Assembly: GCA_965287045.1 (NCBI GenBank)
Contig: OZ336896.1
Coordinates: forward strand, 35,278,001 to 35,342,000
Direction of reading: 5' to 3'
Length of the DNA stretch: 64,000 nucleotides
DNA from: Carcharhinus amblyrhynchos
Lineage: Eukaryota
Shown: positions 25,201 to 39,779 of the stretch, piece after piece
How the letters are laid out: the number at the start of each line of letters is the position of its first letter
How positions within the stretch are numbered: the first letter of the stretch is position 1
The notes under the pieces: model-generated
What the model was told of the DNA's origin: nothing
Database searches by the model: none
Seen by the model: the letters and a program-made list of their open reading frames with translations, nothing else
Program-made: the position numbers and the translations under genes

Positions 25201-25617
25201 CACTTGGGGATTAATCCCAGTGAAGAACATTCATCAATGAATGAGGAAGTATTGAGGCAATCCCGGAAAATTACCCTTTATCAAAAAGTCATTGCCGCCT
25301 AAACATGGAAACAGAATTTCTGAATTCCCATTGCTTGTCATGCTCACGATTTACTCTGGAGAAACCCACAATCCAATACTTTATTCTGCATGTCGAAAGT
25401 GGGTCCGATTATATATAAACCATCTAGCTTCCACAAAGTGAAGTTGACGGCTCCTGTTTACTTAAAGGAAAATATCTTCCATGTGAACCAACATGTGTTT
25501 CCCCTTTCCCCGCTGCCTCCTGTGCTAAATTTATGCAAAGTCTCTTATCTCCAGGACGCAAATACAGGGATGGAACAATGCCAAGTCAACCTCTTCCACA
25601 CAACTGCAGTGAAACTC

Positions 25618-25985
25618 GGGGTCATTTGGTAGCATTCGCTCCTCTGAGCCAGGCGGATTGTTGGTTCACGTCTCATGGTAGGAATTGAACTCATTATTCT
25701 AGGCTGACACTCCAGTGCAGTGCCGCGGGCGTGCTGCACTGTCGGAAGTGCAGTCTTTTGGATGCAGTATTGAAATGAGGACCTAAAATATCATGCATCA
25801 TTTGGAAGAAAAGTAGGAGCGCTATTGTGACCAATATTGCTCTCTCGGTCAATATCACGAAGTCATTATCACATGTGGGAGCTTACTCCAGGCGACCTGC
25901 TGTCGCGTTTCCTACTTTATGTAATGACCACTTCAAATAAGCTGTTCGTTGGTTGTAAAGTGCTTGAGGCGTTTGGTGGTAAAGG
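25618..25985 (+). mobile_element. Deu-domain SINE (SacSINE/AmnSINE-like)
   Basis: Deu core gctgacactccagtgcagtg...gtgctgcactgtcggaagtgcagtcttttggatg. Related pieces at ~27325-27625 (+), 20700-20960 (+), 14240-14350 (-), 36575-36730 (-) and 59490-59800 (-). Confidence 0.7.
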
Positions 25986-25989
25986 ATCT

Positions 25990-26370
25990 GTAAATCATCA
26001 TTTAGAAGTTCCCCTCCAAATCACTCACCATCCGAACTTGGAAATATATCGCGTTCGGTCACTGTCCCTTGGTGAAAATCGTGGAAATCCCTCCATCAGT
26101 TTAGGTATACCTAATCCGCATGGACTGCAGCGATTCAAGAAGGCAGCTCACCACCACCTTCTTGAGGGCAATTACTAGAAACATAGGAACAGGGTTAAGC
26201 CATTCAACCCGTCATTCAGTGAGACCATGGCCGATCTGTGGCTTAACTCCATACATCTGCCTTTGGCCCATATCCCTTAATACCTTTGCCTAGCAAAAAA
26301 TGTACCTATTGATGGGCAATGGATGCTGGCATAGCCAGCGAAGCCTACGTCCCTCAAATGAGTGAAAAAA
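25990..26370 (+). mobile_element. CR1/L2-type LINE 3' end with an inserted antisense CR1 tail
   Basis: catggactgcagcgattcaagaaggcagctcaccaccaccttcttgagggcaatta. The same family appears on the - strand at 34560-34810. Confidence 0.7.
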
Positions 26371-29300
26371 TATAGATATACGTGCAAGTCGTTTTTTGTT
26401 GGGGGTGAGGGGGGGGGTGCCCATTGAAACCAGGAAGAGAATGGTGTCTACAATGACCAACTATCGTATTTGCAAATTAATAATCCATAGCGTTTTAGTA
26501 AGATTATTCTTACTTAAGAGCGTTCAAGATTATTTTTCCTTACTTGGATTCTGTGTCATATTATCTAATGCATTTACTTTTGCGGCTAATGATCAATCCG
26601 TTTCTATTGTGTTTCTCTGCGTTTACATTGTTCGCAGTAAGAAGTTTCATAACACCAGGTTCAACCTTTGGACTTTAACCTGGTGTTGTGAGATTCCTTA
26701 CTGCGTTTACCCAGTCCAACGCCGACATGTCCGCATCATGATTTACATCGTTCATCAAATTTTCTTTTCAATGTTCCACATTGTAGCTGGTTGGATATGA
26801 TTATTTTACAGCGACACTGCCTTGCTCAACACCATCTATTCCGCTATGCTAACTATTCATTAAAGGCAATTGAACCTGTTTCGTTATTATTGGTGTTTGC
26901 AACCTATTTATCAGCAGCTATATGAGAGGTTGGGGGGGGGGGGGTCATCACAGAGGTTCAGTGTACCATTCTAGCTTCAAATATTAAGGGAAGCATTTAT
27001 GCTTTCCAAATACTATGATAATACCAGAGTAGCCGGGCGAAGCCTATATCTGCTTAATCAAAAATAACCCAATGCACTGTTAAATTCTTTCCCACGCTTT
27101 ACAACCGTGGAGTCTTCCCTTCCTTTAATCTATGCTTCCCCTAACAATCTGTAAGCTTTTAATGGCCAATATTAGGGTCGTCGAAGCAAAATGTCTTACT
27201 ATACCTCTCCTTCTTTCTTCCGCTTTGAATCTTGCTGTTAGTTCTCCCTCTGGATGTTGTTGTTTTCCCCAATATGAATCGTTAAATGAACATGCTTCCA
27301 AAAAAAAGTCGCGTGTTCACCGCAGGCATTTGAGTTCGAAGGCCGAATCCGCAGCACGCAATCCAGGCTGACACCTCAAAGCAGTGGTGAAAGAGTGCCA
27401 CAGTGTCAGAGATACCATCTTTTGGAGGAAGGGCTAATCCGAGGCGTCCTCTGCCCTTCTGGGAATACCCGCGAGAGCTGGCGGACAGGAGATTGGGAGT
27501 TCACCCGGAATCTTGGTCCATAATTACATCCAAATTAGCATCGCTGAAAGCAGATGATCTGGTTATGATATCATTGCTGTTTATGAGATCTTGCTGTACA
27601 TAATGTGGCTGTGTGATTTTCCACTCTTTGAAACCGAAAGAGAAAACGTCAACTCTTTTCTCTCCTCACAGATGTTTGCCAGACCCGTTGAGATTTTCCA
27701 GTGTTCTCTCTTTTGGTTTCAGATTCCAGCATCCGCAGCAATTTGCTTTTACCCTTTGAAAGTATTGAAATGTCTGCAAAGACTTCGGGGTGTTTTTAAG
27801 TCGTGACTGGTGCAACAACATACACGTTATTTCCATTCTTTCCGCCCAATTGTATATATCCATAACAGTTGTTCCGTTCGTGTTAGTTTCATTCAAAACA
27901 TTATATCCTTCATAAAGCACTCCGGGGGGTTTTATACTCAGGGGTGGTAGTAATTATATACACAAAAAAAACCTCTAACCTGCGTTTCGGTTCCAAAATA
28001 TTGACATTTCATCTTCTTTGACGTTTCCAGAATACGAGTTTGCTTTTCAAGTATGTAAGTGGAAATTCTCAGCGGGCGTAGGTTGGAATTCTGGGCTGTA
28101 TGTGTTCTGCGGAGGTGGGGGGAGGGGAAGGAACAGCTGTATATTCGCTCTGGCTTTAAAGCTGCCCTCGTCCCTCTCTCTCTCTCAGTATCCCTGTGCC
28201 TGCTTGTGTTGAAAGAAAGTCTTGGGATCTCACCTACATCAATCAAACTCAACGAAGATCAATGGGAATAAATAGTGGAGTTCAAATTGTCAGTTGATCC
28301 TGAAATCAAGAAGGGTTTTTTGTTTTCGCTTGGTTCTTTTGACCTCATTAGTGCAACAGTCAATATGCATCTACAACTATGGAGAGAGTGTAGCATAATT
28401 TGATCATCAATGCCCACCGGTCATTTACAGCAAGAATTGTGTGGCTATATGGAAATACCAACGCAATAATTGGCTGGTGTATAAGGTGTGTGTAAGAGTG
28501 CGACAAAAGCAATTGGCTGCAACTGACCCACTTTTCACGGTTCCGACAACATTGGTTGCGATATTCCTGTCAACGGCTACACAGGTTTGCGGTTAATTCA
28601 GCGCTGAAGAGAAACGGTTTGGGATTGTCTACTGGCTGCGGGGGGCAGGGTGAGGGGAGGAAGTGGGGGATGGGGATGGCTTCTCTGGAAGTCCGAAATT
28701 TCGAACTACACACTCCCTCCCCACTCAAGTGCACACAAACAAGAGTCTGCGCCCCTGACTCACCCCCACCCCACGCCACCCCGCCCCCACCCCCGCCCCC
28801 GCCCAGCAAGATCCTGAATGTAAAAATAAAAGTGAGGTTAACCCACCGACAGATTGATGCGATTGTCAGCCGTCATCTCCAACCATCTGTTTCTTTTAAC
28901 CTTCGGGAAAACGTGGCAAATGGAGGTGTCACCAACTGAGAACTGTCGACTATGGAACTCCCGCCAACTTCTACTGAGTTCGAGATGTAGTTGTTCGCTT
29001 TTCCCCTCGGCATCCAAGCAATCAAAACATTTAACATTGTCTGATTCCCACCCATCAACCCCTACCCCTCACCCTACAAAAAAAGAGTCAGATTGTTCGC
29101 TGAGGTTTCCGGTGTAAGTATATTTTCTAACCAGCCAAATCATCTACCAGGTGAAGGGGGCATGCCAATAAATTTACTGGCAAAATGTGTGCACCCATTG
29201 CAACTCATGCCACGCAAATGAGCCATAAGATGTGAAAAATTCAGTTTACTCCAAAATATAAGTGGCTATCCTTTCTCAATTCGGTTCGAGAATAATTGCA

Positions 29301-31426
29301 AGTCAATCACTCAGTTCATTGTCATTTGGTTCATTTAGAAGATTGATTTGGCAGGTATCTATCAAATTGCGGGGAGTATTAAAGAGGTTATAACCATGCT
29401 CCTCCCCCCACTTCACTCCACAAGCGATCAGTGAGATATGTAGAAAGGTCATTGATAACAAAAAGATATTATGATTGAACTAAGTAGGTCAAGGTATGAA
29501 GAACTGGTTCAAGGTGGTTTCCTTTCACTCGTCAGCTGTTAGATTGGAAGCGGACCTGCACCCCCTCCCACCCCACCCCCTCCGCCTCCGCCATTTGAAT
29601 AAAGGTATTATTCCATTATCCAGGATATTGCCAAGCAAACCAATTATCTTTCAATAGCCTAAGATGTCGTGGGGGCAACTTGACGCAGAGCTTAACTGTC
29701 CAACCTTTGTTTGATTATCATGTTGAATATGCTGGTGTGAATAACTGAGATCCTTTAAACCATGGAATCCATCAGGCGTTTAGCTGTTGAAGTTCTCCAA
29801 CGTTAAACGTTGGGCCATAAAAACATAACATCGTTTATTAATTTTAGCAAAATATTTCATCATAACAATGCATTTTAAAGCTGCAGCGACGTTTTGTTCT
29901 AGCTTACTGATTACCTGGAGAGGGAACGGTTCTAAATAATGAATACTTACAAAATATATCATGAATTTTGCCACCTAAATGCTAATTTACTTAAATTTCA
30001 GCTATCTGCCATATTTCTTTAAATCCGCCCTGGGAGATGTCCTGGGAATACCAGGAGTACCGGAGGATCGGAAGGAGTGAAGAAAAGGAGGGGGTCGCAA
30101 GGGTGAAGTGTTTAGTGACGCTCTGGCTATCATTGTATGGGGCAGACTTGATAGACCAGTTGGTCTTCTCCGGCCGGGGAGTTTCATATCTTCGTATCAA
30201 ACCGCTGAAATATTTCAAGCCTTGTGCCAGACATATCTGAAATATTATCATATACCCGCGATGCGATAATAATAGACGGCAGACATTTTTGTTGGGTTAT
30301 AGATAATGATACATATTGCTCGCTCCCTCCAGTACTAAATGTAAAGACAGGGCATAATTTAAGAGCTCGCGATTGCTTTGGATTCGCTCTTTGACATGTA
30401 ACCACAAACTAGGGTCAAGGATTTTTAGAGTGGAAAGGATATTAATATTCGCTTAAACTGTTTTGCTCCAAGTAACAGGGACACACGTTAGTAATTATGG
30501 TGAAAGGGGAAGGCGTTTCTCCAATGTACACCTTAGAACGTTTAAACAACAGCAATTTACATTTATATAGCGCCGATGACGTAATATCATGTCTCTCGGA
30601 AGTGTTGTAACAAATTAGACATCCAGCTACATCAGGTAATCTTGAACGCTGATAGCCAGGACGGTGATCAGAGTTGGTTTTAAGGGGCATCCCAGAGGGA
30701 GAAATACAAGAGATTGGAAAAGGATATGGAATTCCAAAACCTGGGACCTAGGCAGCTGAAGGCACGGCCACCGATGTTGAAACAATTTGTCTCGGGGATG
30801 CTGAAGAGGCCAAAATGAACGCAGAGACATCTTGGGTTTTGCACCGCACAGAGACGCCTGAAGAGTTAAACAGTTCCGTTATCACAGAACAGAATCATAA
30901 ATTCCCTACAGTGCAGAAGGAGGCCATTCAGCCCGTGGAGTCTCTACCGACCGCGATCCCCCCCAGGCCCTATTCCCGTAACCCCCTGCTAATTCCCCTA
31001 ACACTAAGGTCAACTTAGCATCAATCTACCCGGCACATTTTTGGATTTTTAATTTTTTGAAGTTTTATGAGCTGTCTTCACATAAACTTTTGCAGTACTG
31101 ACCCCACCGGGATCCTCCATGAACTCTAATTTTTTTTTAATAGTGCCTGCTGCTATTCCTTTCTCTCTTTGTGATACAATGTTTAACTCTGCCCCTGGAA
31201 ACTGACTTTTAACTTGTCGCGGCCGATGGTAACCGTCAGTAAATAGACATAGAGCGTTACAGGAATATTCACCTAACACCCAGGCTTGAGGTTGGATTGT
31301 GAGGCAACCTCTTAGCTCACATTTCAAAAGAGGAAAATATGGGAAAGATGGAATTGAATTTATGTGGCGCTTCTCAGGTCCTCCTAAAGCTCTTTGACAG
31401 ATAATGAAGTGCCTCGGAAATGTAGT

Positions 31427-31747
31427 CACGGCTTCGCAGGATGGGTTAGCACTGCTGCCTCACAGCACCGGGGACCCCGCGTTCGAATCCAGCCTTGGGT
31501 CACTGTCTGTGTAGAATTTGCACATTCTCGCCGTGTCTGCCTGGATTTCTTCCGGGTGCTCCGATTACCTCCCACAGTCCAAAGATGTGCGGCTTAGGTT
31601 GATTGGCCGTGCTAAATTATCCCTTGGTGTCAGGGGGGCTAGCAGGGTAATTACGTTGGTTTATAGGGATAGGGCCTAGGTGGGATACTGGTGGGTGCAG
31701 ACTCGATGGGCCAAAGGGTCACCTTCTGCACTGTAGGAATTCTATGA
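31427..31747 (+). mobile_element. HE1-like tRNA-derived V-SINE
   Basis: Head ggttagcactgctgcctcacagc...gttcgaatcc, V-core tgtctgtgtagaatttgcacattctc...tccgggtgctccg, CR1-derived tail gactcgatgggcc...ttctatga. Other copies or fragments at ~30890-31045 (-), 55050-55215 (-), 57070-57325 (-), 58555-58697 (+) and 60265-60515 (+). Confidence 0.85.
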
Positions 31748-34700
31748 AATCAGATGGTTCGTCAGAATCTTACCTGTTTACCTAGAGATGAATAGGAACT
31801 TGGAGAAAAGTAGATGGATGTCGTTATATTTCTCTCTCTCCCTGTATTATAGAATTTGTTACTTGGTGGGTTGTTTTGCTGCTCGGCTGTAAGAACGTCC
31901 TGGTTTCAGTGTTAGACATGCTGCAGCATTGACTGTGTAACAGTCACAGTACACTGTTAATACAGAGTTTGTAGTGTTGCCCACTCTGCGCCTCAGCGAG
32001 TCCAGTTTTTTAAAAAAATGAAAATTAATTGAGTGCTTCAGTGTTGTCGGTTACTGGGGCAGCCACGACGCTATTAATAGTTGTTGGTGTTATTTTCAAA
32101 TGCACTTTGTGACTGTAATATTTAATTCATACTAAAAATAAAAGAATGCGGTGGAATGAATCGTGGAACCCTGCTGGAAATAGAGATTGCCTTGCTATTA
32201 ATGAGGCTGGCTGGATTAATGAGAGAGGGTCAAAATCACACGGGAGTTATTAATAATCACTTACTGCTATTCTGGTCAGGAGCTTGACGGAGCTTAAGTG
32301 ACGGTCTCTCGTGAAGCCGAGGCCTCAGAAAGGGAAATTAAGCGATCTTTTCAAGAGAGGAGTAGCTTTCCTGGGAGCAACCTGGAAAAGACGGCTTTTG
32401 GGCCGAGGCCCGCGGGGTTGAGGGGGGGGGGACAGTGGGTGGGGTGGGGGAGAGATTGGGAAGCAACAATTGGGCTTCTGGGCCGGGCAACTGAAAGGGT
32501 AACCGCGTAGGAAGTGGAGTGCGTGGGAAGAGGCCAGACGGCGGGAGGGAATCAGATCTACAGAAAGCCCGGAATAGAGAAGGAGCAATGGGCGGTAAGG
32601 GGAGGGGCGGATATACAGGCGGATTCAGGGTGGGTCACGGGTGGGGGACAAGTTCTCACATGCCGATCTGCACTCAATTGAGTGCGGCAGAAATGATTGA
32701 AGCCTTGTTTGAAATGTCATTTGGCGCTTTTGCCAAAACGCAACCAAATACGTGGCCACAACACTAGGGCTAGTGCTACATAAAAATAATTCAGTGTTTT
32801 ATAAAACCCACCTGCTGCAAACCGATCTACTGTTTAATTTACAAGGCAATTTCCATGGTATTATTTCAATATTTATGTGTTTACAGCAGGTTGGAGCAAA
32901 CACAATGTTATGTTTAGATTTCCTTGAAACTCAACAAAGGTTAAAAGAAATTAGACCAATGCATCATGTAGGTGCATCGTCATACTAATTTTATTTTTTT
33001 TGTATCAAGGCTGGAGTGTTCTGGAGAGCGACGCAGTGTCCAGACTGACTCAGCGATCAGCCATACAGAGCTATGGCTCTTGTGAAACGCGGACAAATCA
33101 GACTGAGAGAGGCGGAACTTGCCTCCAAAGCAGAATCAAGCCCAGTCGCTGTTGCAAAAGAGAGAGGAGAGAGAGAGAAAAAAATCCCATTGTACAACAG
33201 CACGCACTGGGGAAGGAACAGCGAGAGATAGCAAATCAACTGGGGCTAATGCGGGATATAAATGTAAATGTATTAGAAGGGTTTAAGACAAGGAGTGAAC
33301 GGAGTGAAAGGAGGTTTAAATGCCTGCTCTGTCAACAATGGAGGAATTTGCCTGCTCGCGGGGCACTTGGGGTCATGAAAGCAGCCCCCTGTGAGAGGCA
33401 TGCGCCAGTAGTGACACCCTGGCCTCTTTCTTTTTAAAAAAAGCCCTTTCTTTTTCTCCAACCCTCACCAGCCGCCCATTTATTAGCATTCTGATCAAAT
33501 AGGAGAACGGTGCTTTGCAAACATAAATAAAATGATCCCCTTTTGTCCCTGAGCAGCATAACTGGGGAATGGATTGGAAAAGAACAGCCTGTTAGTCTGG
33601 AGAGGAAAATATTCATTCGAAATAAAATTCCTGTTACCAAAGTGCCAATTAAAACTGGGGCCGACTGTGATGATAATATGAAGCATATTCTGGTGGGAAG
33701 CTTAGAAAGTCTGACAAGAGACAGTTACTAGCATGTTAGCTGAGGCCAATGAAAAACATTTTATTTTTAAAATGATGTATTTCATATGGGGTGGAAAAAA
33801 AATCTCCGAGACGCCCGAGCCATCAACCCTCTCAAATCTAGCGCCCATGAAACAGTGGGTGCTGTTTGTGATTCTGGTTGGCGTTTGGGAGGAAGGCCAA
33901 TGGAATGCAGTGTCCATGAAACCTTGTGATGTGAAGCAGCAAGTTCCCATTGACTTGGAAAACACCGCTGGCCGAAGCTTAAAATAGACCGGATAGTAAT
34001 GTGTGCATGCCGGCAAGGGAGGGTTTGACATTGCAATCAAACAACATGGGCAAGATTTGAAATAAATGCAAGAAGTAGGATTTAATTTTCTGCAAAGAAA
34101 ATTGTCAATTTAAATGCTGGCTCTTCATGTTTCAATTGAACGGGTTAACGTCGCGTTGAGAGTGAGGGGCCAAGGCGGGAGGGAGCTGGGTCGGTGTGAG
34201 TACCCGCTTACTGCAGAAAGACTTTCCTTACAGCCATATCACCACTTTATTCCACATTGAAAATCAATAGAAAATGGCGGACGCTGTGTTGAAATTTACC
34301 GGCATTCCTCCCGTTTCCCTCTGCACGTTGTCGCATTGATCTGAACGGTCCATGTCTGCGAGAGAATGTCGAGGCAAAGGTGCTACCTTTCTAATAAAAC
34401 AGATCCCTTACCGGCCGTTTTAAACCCTCCCGAATGTCGCCAATTATCACTAAAGCCCCTTCTCACAGCCAGATTTCATTTTAAAATTGTCCACAATAGC
34501 AGTTATCTCGACACGTGGGGACGATCGCTTCCCAACTCTGGGAATTTTCAGGAGTTTTTTTTAATTCATGGAACGTCGCTGGTTGGACCAGCTTTTATTG
34601 CCCATCCCTAATTGCCCCTTGAGAAGGTGGTGGTGAGCCGCCTTCTTGAACCGTTGCAGTCCATGTGATGCAGGGTTTCATCAACGGAGATGTTGGGGGG

Positions 34701-35689
34701 GGGTAGTTCCAGGACTTTGACCCAGTGATGGTGAAGGAACAGGGAGACAGATCCAAGTCAGGGTGGCGAGTGGCTTGGCGGATGGAAGCTTCCAGATGCT
34801 GGCATTTCTCTTGAGTGCTTGGGAAAAGTAAAGACGAATGCAAAGCTGCGATAATAAGATTAAAAGTTAGCAGCCCCTATAAGGGTCCTAACTGCAGACG
34901 GTATTTATGACATTTACCGCCTATAGACCACATCCTTCCAAAATAAGTACAGTGTTTTTGGTAGAGGGTTTGGTATGGGAGCATTCACAGAACGTATCAA
35001 TGTGCAAGTTGAGTGGTGCAAGCTCCATACATCTCTGGTGGTATTGGAATCTGAATGGAAATATGGGAGAAAGTGTTGAACACACACACGAGATATGTAG
35101 ATTGGAGCAAGCAACACCCTAACTTCAGAATTTCCCAGACATGGCATTACAAGATTGAAAATCATTAATTGAAAAAGTCTGTCTTTTGTAAATAACGTAG
35201 TTTTATCACTCTACAATCACACCAACTTTCCCCTTCAAGTTTTGAACAGTGTAGTTCAACCGAAAGTTGTAAAAACCGATTGGTGAATTAGGAGAAAATA
35301 CGTTTTTGTTCTAGTCTGAGACCTGTAACTATGCCGTTTGTTTTTGTTGTGATATATTTCATTAGGATTTAGCAAGTGAAGTGAGCACATATTTTTAATT
35401 GAGAAACCCATGAGAAGTGTGTTGATATTTGCAGACATATGGAAGGAAAAGCCAGGAAAAGACCAATTGATCCATCAAGCTTGCCCCATACTACAATGGC
35501 TGGAGCATCGTTACTAAACTCCTCCTCTCCCCTCCCTCGCTTCCGACCAGCCCAATCTGCAGCCAGGTCAAGTCCCGAGAGAGGACAAAATCAGTACCAA
35601 TAAAAGGCAAAGAACCTGGAAAATTCAAACAGAATTAACTTATGAATTAATTATAGATAAATGACAACTTTTATTTTACAATGATAAGG

Positions 35690-36063
35690 GCATATGGGGA
35701 TTGGTAGCATAGCGATTCTATGAAAGGATAATAATTTAGAGGTCTCGCTTTAATAATGACTTAAAATACTAACAATTTAAACTTTAATTCAGATAATAAA
35801 TAAGCATTGAATAAAACGAAGCCAGTCTTGGTGACCAGGTAGCTACAGGTTGTGGCAAAATAAAATCTGGTTTATTAATACCCTTTTAGTGAAATAAATC
35901 TGCCAATTTTACCCGGTCTGGCCTACACGTGACTCCAGGCCCGCAGCAATGTGGCTAACTCTTAAATGCCCTCTGCAATGCAAGCCACTCAGGAATTAGA
36001 CCCGAACAATAAATATTGGCCTTTCCATCCACGCTCACATCCCGTGGAGGGATGAAAAAAAAA
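35690..36063 (+). mobile_element. Shark SINE with LINE-derived 3' end
   Basis: Motif acccggtctggcctacacgtgactccag...gcaatgtgg...ctcttaaatgccctctg, 3' end similar to the LINE ends at 26130-26370 and 34560-34660, A-rich tail. Confidence 0.6.
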
Positions 36064-39000
36064 GAGGTTCTGAAGCTTTGGAAAGATTGTGTTAGGCAAG
36101 GGAAGAATTTGGTGATTTTTGATTCCAACATTAGAGAGAAGAACAGGGTGGTACACCAGATTTGGGAGAAATACGGGAAGAATTGGGCGATAACGTGTGA
36201 CACTTATTAGACTGGGGCATGTTTATATTTTCCTTGTATTCCACTCGAGGCTGGCGGAGTTTCTATAGGCAATGGATGTTCCTTAGGACATCGGCGAGGG
36301 CAACTTCTGAAAGAGCAGCGTCTGAGTCTGTGGACCTGCATAATCTGTCGCTCGCCAATCACCCAATGTATATGGCGCAAAAGGTAACTTTGACAAAGGG
36401 TCATCTGGACTCGAAACGTCAGCTCTTTTCACTCCTTACAGACGCTGCCAGACCTGCTGAGATTTTCCAACGTTTTCTCTTTTGGAACTACAATTGTTAA
36501 TTGAGCATGTTTACACAGCACAAAACACAAATAGACAACTTCCAATGGGCGAATTTTTTTTAAAAAAACAAATAATTTGCATTTATATAGCGCCTCTCAC
36601 GGCCTTGGGATGTCTCAAGGCGCTTTACCTCTAATGGAGCACATTTTGAAGCGTAGTCACTATTGTAACATAGGAAATGAGAGAGTGTGATAACCTGATG
36701 TTTAGTGAGGTTGGTTGAAGAATAGGTATTAATGTGGCTTTGCTTTGAGGCTTATGCCGTCACAAGTCAGTCAGGGTTAAAGGGCAGTTGGTGGGTGAAC
36801 TTGCTTGCTGCTGATCCAATTGGTTCACCGCTAACCCGATGATGTTAGGTTAATCGTTCTTGGCTTTGAACTTGGTGAGGTATTTACTCCCATGACATCA
36901 TCCACGATTGCATCACCAGCCCTCTCTCTCTACCGGTAAGGACGTAGATGCGGATAAAGTTAAAGGCGAAACATAAGTATTTCGTATGGGAACTTGGGAG
37001 AACCATTTTGTTTTCCTTCATGCCTTGTGTAATGCTGTGATTCCTACTCTATCCGAGCTAGCGACACATTTCACCCCTCGGCCTCACCCCTCCACCCAGG
37101 CTGTCAAAGTCATACGTTCAGGATCAAGGACCCCCCTCCCCCTCCCCGTCTGTTGAACATTGGACCATTCACCAGCAAAAATCTGAAATTAAAATGCGAA
37201 ATTATCTTTGAACTGTTTGTTAATGAGAAATAATTAGAAGAAATTATTTCCACTAGTTTGAGACAAAGAAGGGAGTGTGCTTTCTGAAGTATTCTGTAGT
37301 CATTGGAGTGTGGTTATTAAAAGACTCAAAGGCTGTGTCAGGAAGAACTTACTGCGGTCCCTCCCTTGTTATTGAAAGTGAACTGGGTATTTATCAATAG
37401 GGCACAGTGGGTCTGCACAGCGAGACTCCCAGCATCTGAAATAGGTGACAGTGCCGAGGGGAGAGCTGTGGGGCTTCTAATGAAAGATCTCCCAAACATT
37501 CGCTTGCAGAGGCTGACTGATCCGCTGACTATTCTTCGTTTTTTTTGTTTGTTTCTTAATTCAGATTCAACCACCGCAGGTTTTAATTTTAGCTCTAATT
37601 AATTTGAATACACCGCGGTGATGAGACCCGGGGTGCCTCATATCCAAGACACACTGAACCCGGGTCAAGTGTAATCGACAAAGATGCGAACACTTTCGAT
37701 TTTGCCTTGGGGACCCTGCCGGATCTTAGCGAGGGCAATGGGAACTCAAGCGCCTTCCTGGCAATACTGGGCGGCCCGAATTCTGAAGATACTTCACCCA
37801 GCACTCACCTCATCTTTGCTTGTCTGGGGGAAAAAAATGCACGCCTGTAAGAATCTAAACTAACCTTAGCCAGATTTTTTTAAAAAAAATGTACCGGTCA
37901 TCCCAAGCCCCATATTCCCCGGACCCAGAGTAACCTATGATTGGAAGGTATAGATTGCTGAGGGCTTTATATTGTCCAGTAGCCTGCACTCTTCAAATAT
38001 TTCCAGCTCCCACAGTATTGAACCGAATCTGTGCACCAGCAAAAAATGGTTTAATTTTTCATATAGCGATCACCCCGTTTCTGGGAGTCACAGAATTCCT
38101 TTATTTTAAATCGGGAATGGATGGTTATTGAATTAGTGTTTAATGTCACAAATCAGTTAATGTACGTGGACCCCCCCCCCCCCCCCCCCGCACCTTGCTC
38201 ACTGGAGAATTTCAATTCCCGGTGCAAAATTTAAAATCACTCAGTTCCCCCCTCAGTTCCCCTGTATATCCGCCCCTCCCCTTAAATCACCACAGAAAAC
38301 AGGGATGGGTTTCTAGCTCCGCCATGGGGTTGGTGTGGGGTGGGGAGTGGGCGGGGGTGGGGGGAGGAGATGGGGCGGGAGGTTGGTCGTGTCAAGTTGA
38401 GGTTGCGGCGGAAAGGCTGGTGAGGGAGTGATGCAGGATACGAGGAGGGTAGACCATCGCGGCGTACAAACCCCATGTTTAATTCCATGACTGTTTAGGA
38501 TCCCGAGCGAGATGTTTCATTTGGTGGGAAGTATGAAACTTGCATGAAAGCGGCCGAGTCTGTTTCCTCTCCCTCCCTCTCCACACGTTATGTATCAATA
38601 TAGAACATGGAAGCGGTGGAAATGGAAGTTGATTTGTAGCACCCTGGAACGTACAACTTCCGTATGCTGAAACTGCCAGCCCGTTTGGAAACATTTCCGA
38701 TCAGAAATTGACTCGGATCGATCTTGTCTCCAGCCCGAAAGCCAAAACTTAAAAACCAGGAAAAAAACATGTTTATCGCCACATTATTATGTCGGCAGCT
38801 CCCCGTGTAGGACTCACGTTTGCAGCCTTTCATATGTCGCTGAGGGGCCGCCTGCAGTTGTGTTTAACCCGAAAAAAATATTACAAATATTCAGAGGCAA
38901 GTTTTAAGAGGAAAGTATCCGGTGATTGTAGTCTGGCTATAGGACATTAGGACAACGCCGATTCTGTCCGAGTCAGACTTGTAAAATGATTAATAATTCC

Positions 39001-39359
39001 ATGTGTTGTAAACGCTGCCGTGTGTACCGGCGATGCTTAAAAGAACATCGACCGGTAATTGAAGTTGAACCCTGAGTTGTGTCTTTACATTGTGTTAATG
39101 ATCCATCCGAACTAGCCAACAAACAAATACAGGTAACCCACCAATCAAGATTCAGGCACCCAATTAATAATCTATATGTTCCAAACCACTTGTAATACTG
39201 GAGTGAATAATACACAATACAGGAGCAACTAACTAATCTTTCCTTTGTGAGTATTGGTGAATAATATATCTAATCGGCTACCTTTTACAAACTGTCACAT
39301 TTTAATTTTGAGCATCTTAAAACTGGTGGCAAGGACTCCCCACCGCAGCCTCCCTCCTT

Positions 39360-39760
39360 CCGTTGTCTGTGTCTGTGTGTGTGTGTCTCCCTCAAGTCAA
39401 TGTTTGTCTGCCTTTGTGTGTCTGTCTCAGTTCGGATTTTCCTGTCCCCCCGTCTCTGCGTGCCTCAGTCTCTCTTAGGTTTTCTTTCTCTCTCAGTTTC
39501 TCCCCCTCTGTGTGTGTGTGGGTGGCTGGGTGGGTGAGTGGGTGGGTGTGTCTGTGGGTCTCTCTGTCTCTGTGTGTGTGTGTATGTCCATGTTAGTGTC
39601 TCCCTCTGCTTGTCTGCCCTCTCAGCCTTTTCCCCCACTCGCTGGCTGCCTCTCTCTCTGTCTCTTTCTGTATGTGTGTGTGTGTCTGTGTCTCCCCTGT
39701 ATTGTGTCCCTGTGTGTGTGTGTGTGTCTCTCTCTCTCTTTCTCAGTTAGTATTTCTGTC
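39360..39760. repeat. (TG)/(TC) low-complexity tract just upstream of the promoter
   Basis: Directly visible. Confidence 0.9.
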
Positions 39761-39779
39761 TCTGGACACCCTGAAGGAA

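Noticed and set aside
31427-31500. tRNA-like sequences (also ~60265 and ~57270)
   Set aside because: These are tRNA-derived SINE heads followed by a V-core, with no intact cloverleaf.
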